DNA of 64,000 nucleotides from Ophelia neglecta (taxonomy: Eukaryota). The notes beneath the pieces were generated by a model that saw only the letters and a list, made by a program, of their open reading frames with translations, ran no database searches and was not told the origin of the DNA. The stretch covers positions 123,132,001 to 123,196,000 of the forward strand of contig OZ260661.1 of the NCBI GenBank assembly GCA_965285935.1, in the 5' to 3' direction. The position numbers were made by a program, and so were the translations under genes. Positions within the stretch are counted from its first letter, which is position 1. Every line of letters begins with the position of its first letter. Shown here piece after piece: positions 62,938-64,000 of this stretch.

Positions 62938-63810
62938 TTACTGAGCATTCTGTTGACTTGTATTAGCGGCTTGTTGGTGATGTTCTGGTACGTTAGGTAT
63001 ACCTCTAAAGCCTGGGAAACGTTGACCCATGCCATAGAAAGATCCACGGCCACCGCGGAAGCCACTACCACGGACAAAGCCTCCACGACCCCGATAACCT
63101 CGACTGGGTTCAGGTGTAGTCTGTACGTTGTTAAGAGTAACTGCTGCTTGAAGGGCTGTTATTGCTTCCGGAGTGAACTGGGAGGTATTTCTCCTGAAGT
63201 TTCTATAAATTTTTTCTACTCCTTCGCCGAAATTGTTGTTTACCAGTAACATGGAGTGTTCTTCTTGAAGGTAGCGAATCTGGGCAATTTGGACTGTTAC
63301 TAGGTCTTGAAGGTCTTCTGGGGTGACTGTTTCACTGGTTATTGAGGATAGAAGTTTTATACTAACTTCAGCGTATCGAGCGCATCTAGATACCATGTTC
63401 AGTTTAGCTTGATCCTTCCGTTGAACTCCCTGCCTTGTATCTTCCACTTTCAGCTCCGTAGGTAATTTCACCCGCTGAACTGCGTCTTTAATTACGTTGA
63501 ATTCCTGTTGAATATCCGAGTATGACTCTCTATTGGCCACGTTTTGGCAGAGAGCAATATTTTCATGGGGCACTGTATTGTCGCTCACCGCTGGCGTTTC
63601 ATTTTCTACTGGCCCGTCTTTGATCTTTTCGCGGGAAACTGTATTATCGCTCACTTCTGGCTTATCATATTGTCCTGGCCCTTCTTCGACTTTTTGTTTA
63701 GACTGGGCTTCCTCTAACGCCTTTAACCTCTCTCCGAAGCGGAGGTTATTTTCATTGACAATAGATACGGTTTCTAATAGCTTCTCCAGCTTTTCTTCTA
63801 CGGTGGACAT
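62938..63810 (-). CDS. DIRS ORF1 (gag-like; coiled coil, RGG-rich C-terminus), about 290 aa
   Basis: Open frame from the ATG at 63810, directly upstream of the RT ORF; RGYRGRGGFVRGSGFRGGRG. Confidence 0.8.
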   Translation of the reverse strand: MSTVEEKLEKLLETVSIVNENNLRFGERLKALEEAQSKQKVEEGPGQYDKPEVSDNTVSREKIKDGPVENETPAVSDNTVPHENIALCQNVANRESYSDIQQEFNVIKDAVQRVKLPTELKVEDTRQGVQRKDQAKLNMVSRCARYAEVSIKLLSSITSETVTPEDLQDLVTVQIAQIRYLQEEHSMLLVNNNFGEGVEKIYRNFRRNTSQFTPEAITALQAAVTLNNVQTTPEPSRGYRGRGGFVRGSGFRGGRGSFYGMGQRFPGFRGIPNVPEHHQQAANTSQQNAQ

Positions 63811-63946
63811 GACCAGACAATTTGTTCGTCCTTTGGCGGAAGTACACCAAAAATAGACTGACACTAGCGACACCTAGCAGGAATTCCTAGGTGTCGCACA
63901 GAAAACCTAAAGTAGTATTCTGGTGGCTGTGTTTCCCATAACTTCA

Positions 63947-63976
63947 ACTACAGACCGACAGATATGGTACCTTGTA
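63947..63976 (+). repeat. 30-bp direct repeat, right flank of the DIRS insertion
   Basis: Identical to 59372-59401. Confidence 0.95.
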
Positions 63977-64000
63977 ACTGATGTGAAAAATACCGAATCC

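Larger units (their letters stand above)
59402..63946 (-). mobile_element. Truncated and rearranged DIRS-order (tyrosine recombinase) retrotransposon
   Basis: Gag-like ORF1, RT (YVDD)/RNase H/methyltransferase ORF and an overlapping YR ORF; no terminal repeats seen; 3' end replaced by an inverted internal fragment. Confidence 0.93.
52805..64000 (+). repeat. Segmental duplication, copy B (runs off the window end)
   Basis: Matches copy A from about 37270; the last bases (63947-64000) match 47819-47872. B-only blocks: 55470-55560, ~57997-58330, 59402-63946. Confidence 0.93.

Overview
Eukaryotic, AT-rich, intron-containing animal DNA, most likely from a marine invertebrate (inference). From left to right: (1) Two tandem 8-exon ionotropic glutamate receptor-like genes (1078-4688, 11689-15110). 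They go straight from signal peptide to ligand-binding domain with no amino-terminal domain, keep the R/T/E ligand residues, carry Phe at the Q/R site and have a degenerate SYTANLAAF gate. Possible decayed receptor relics lie between them on the minus strand. (2) Two copies of a TA-flanked MITE. (3) A 6-exon GH3-domain (GHDC-like) gene on the minus strand (33974-20971). Its second intron holds a full-length Ty3/Gypsy element (23362-32206) with apparently identical 1205-bp LTRs, AACA TSD, PBS, PPT and a -1 frameshift signal. (4) A tandem segmental duplication (copy A ~37270-47872, copy B ~52805-64000+) containing LINE ORF1 relics and copy-specific insertions: a 95-bp minisatellite in A, and in B a truncated, rearranged DIRS element flanked by a 30-bp direct repeat and hit by a Harbinger-type MITE. 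(5) Between the two copies, two small secreted-protein genes. One is a precursor combining a predicted amidated cationic 21-mer, a polybasic cleavage site and a pair of EF-hands (48539-49242). The other is a 4-exon gene with two 6-Cys helical domains (49650-51024) that the ORF track largely misses. All gene models were assembled by eye; no database searches were run.
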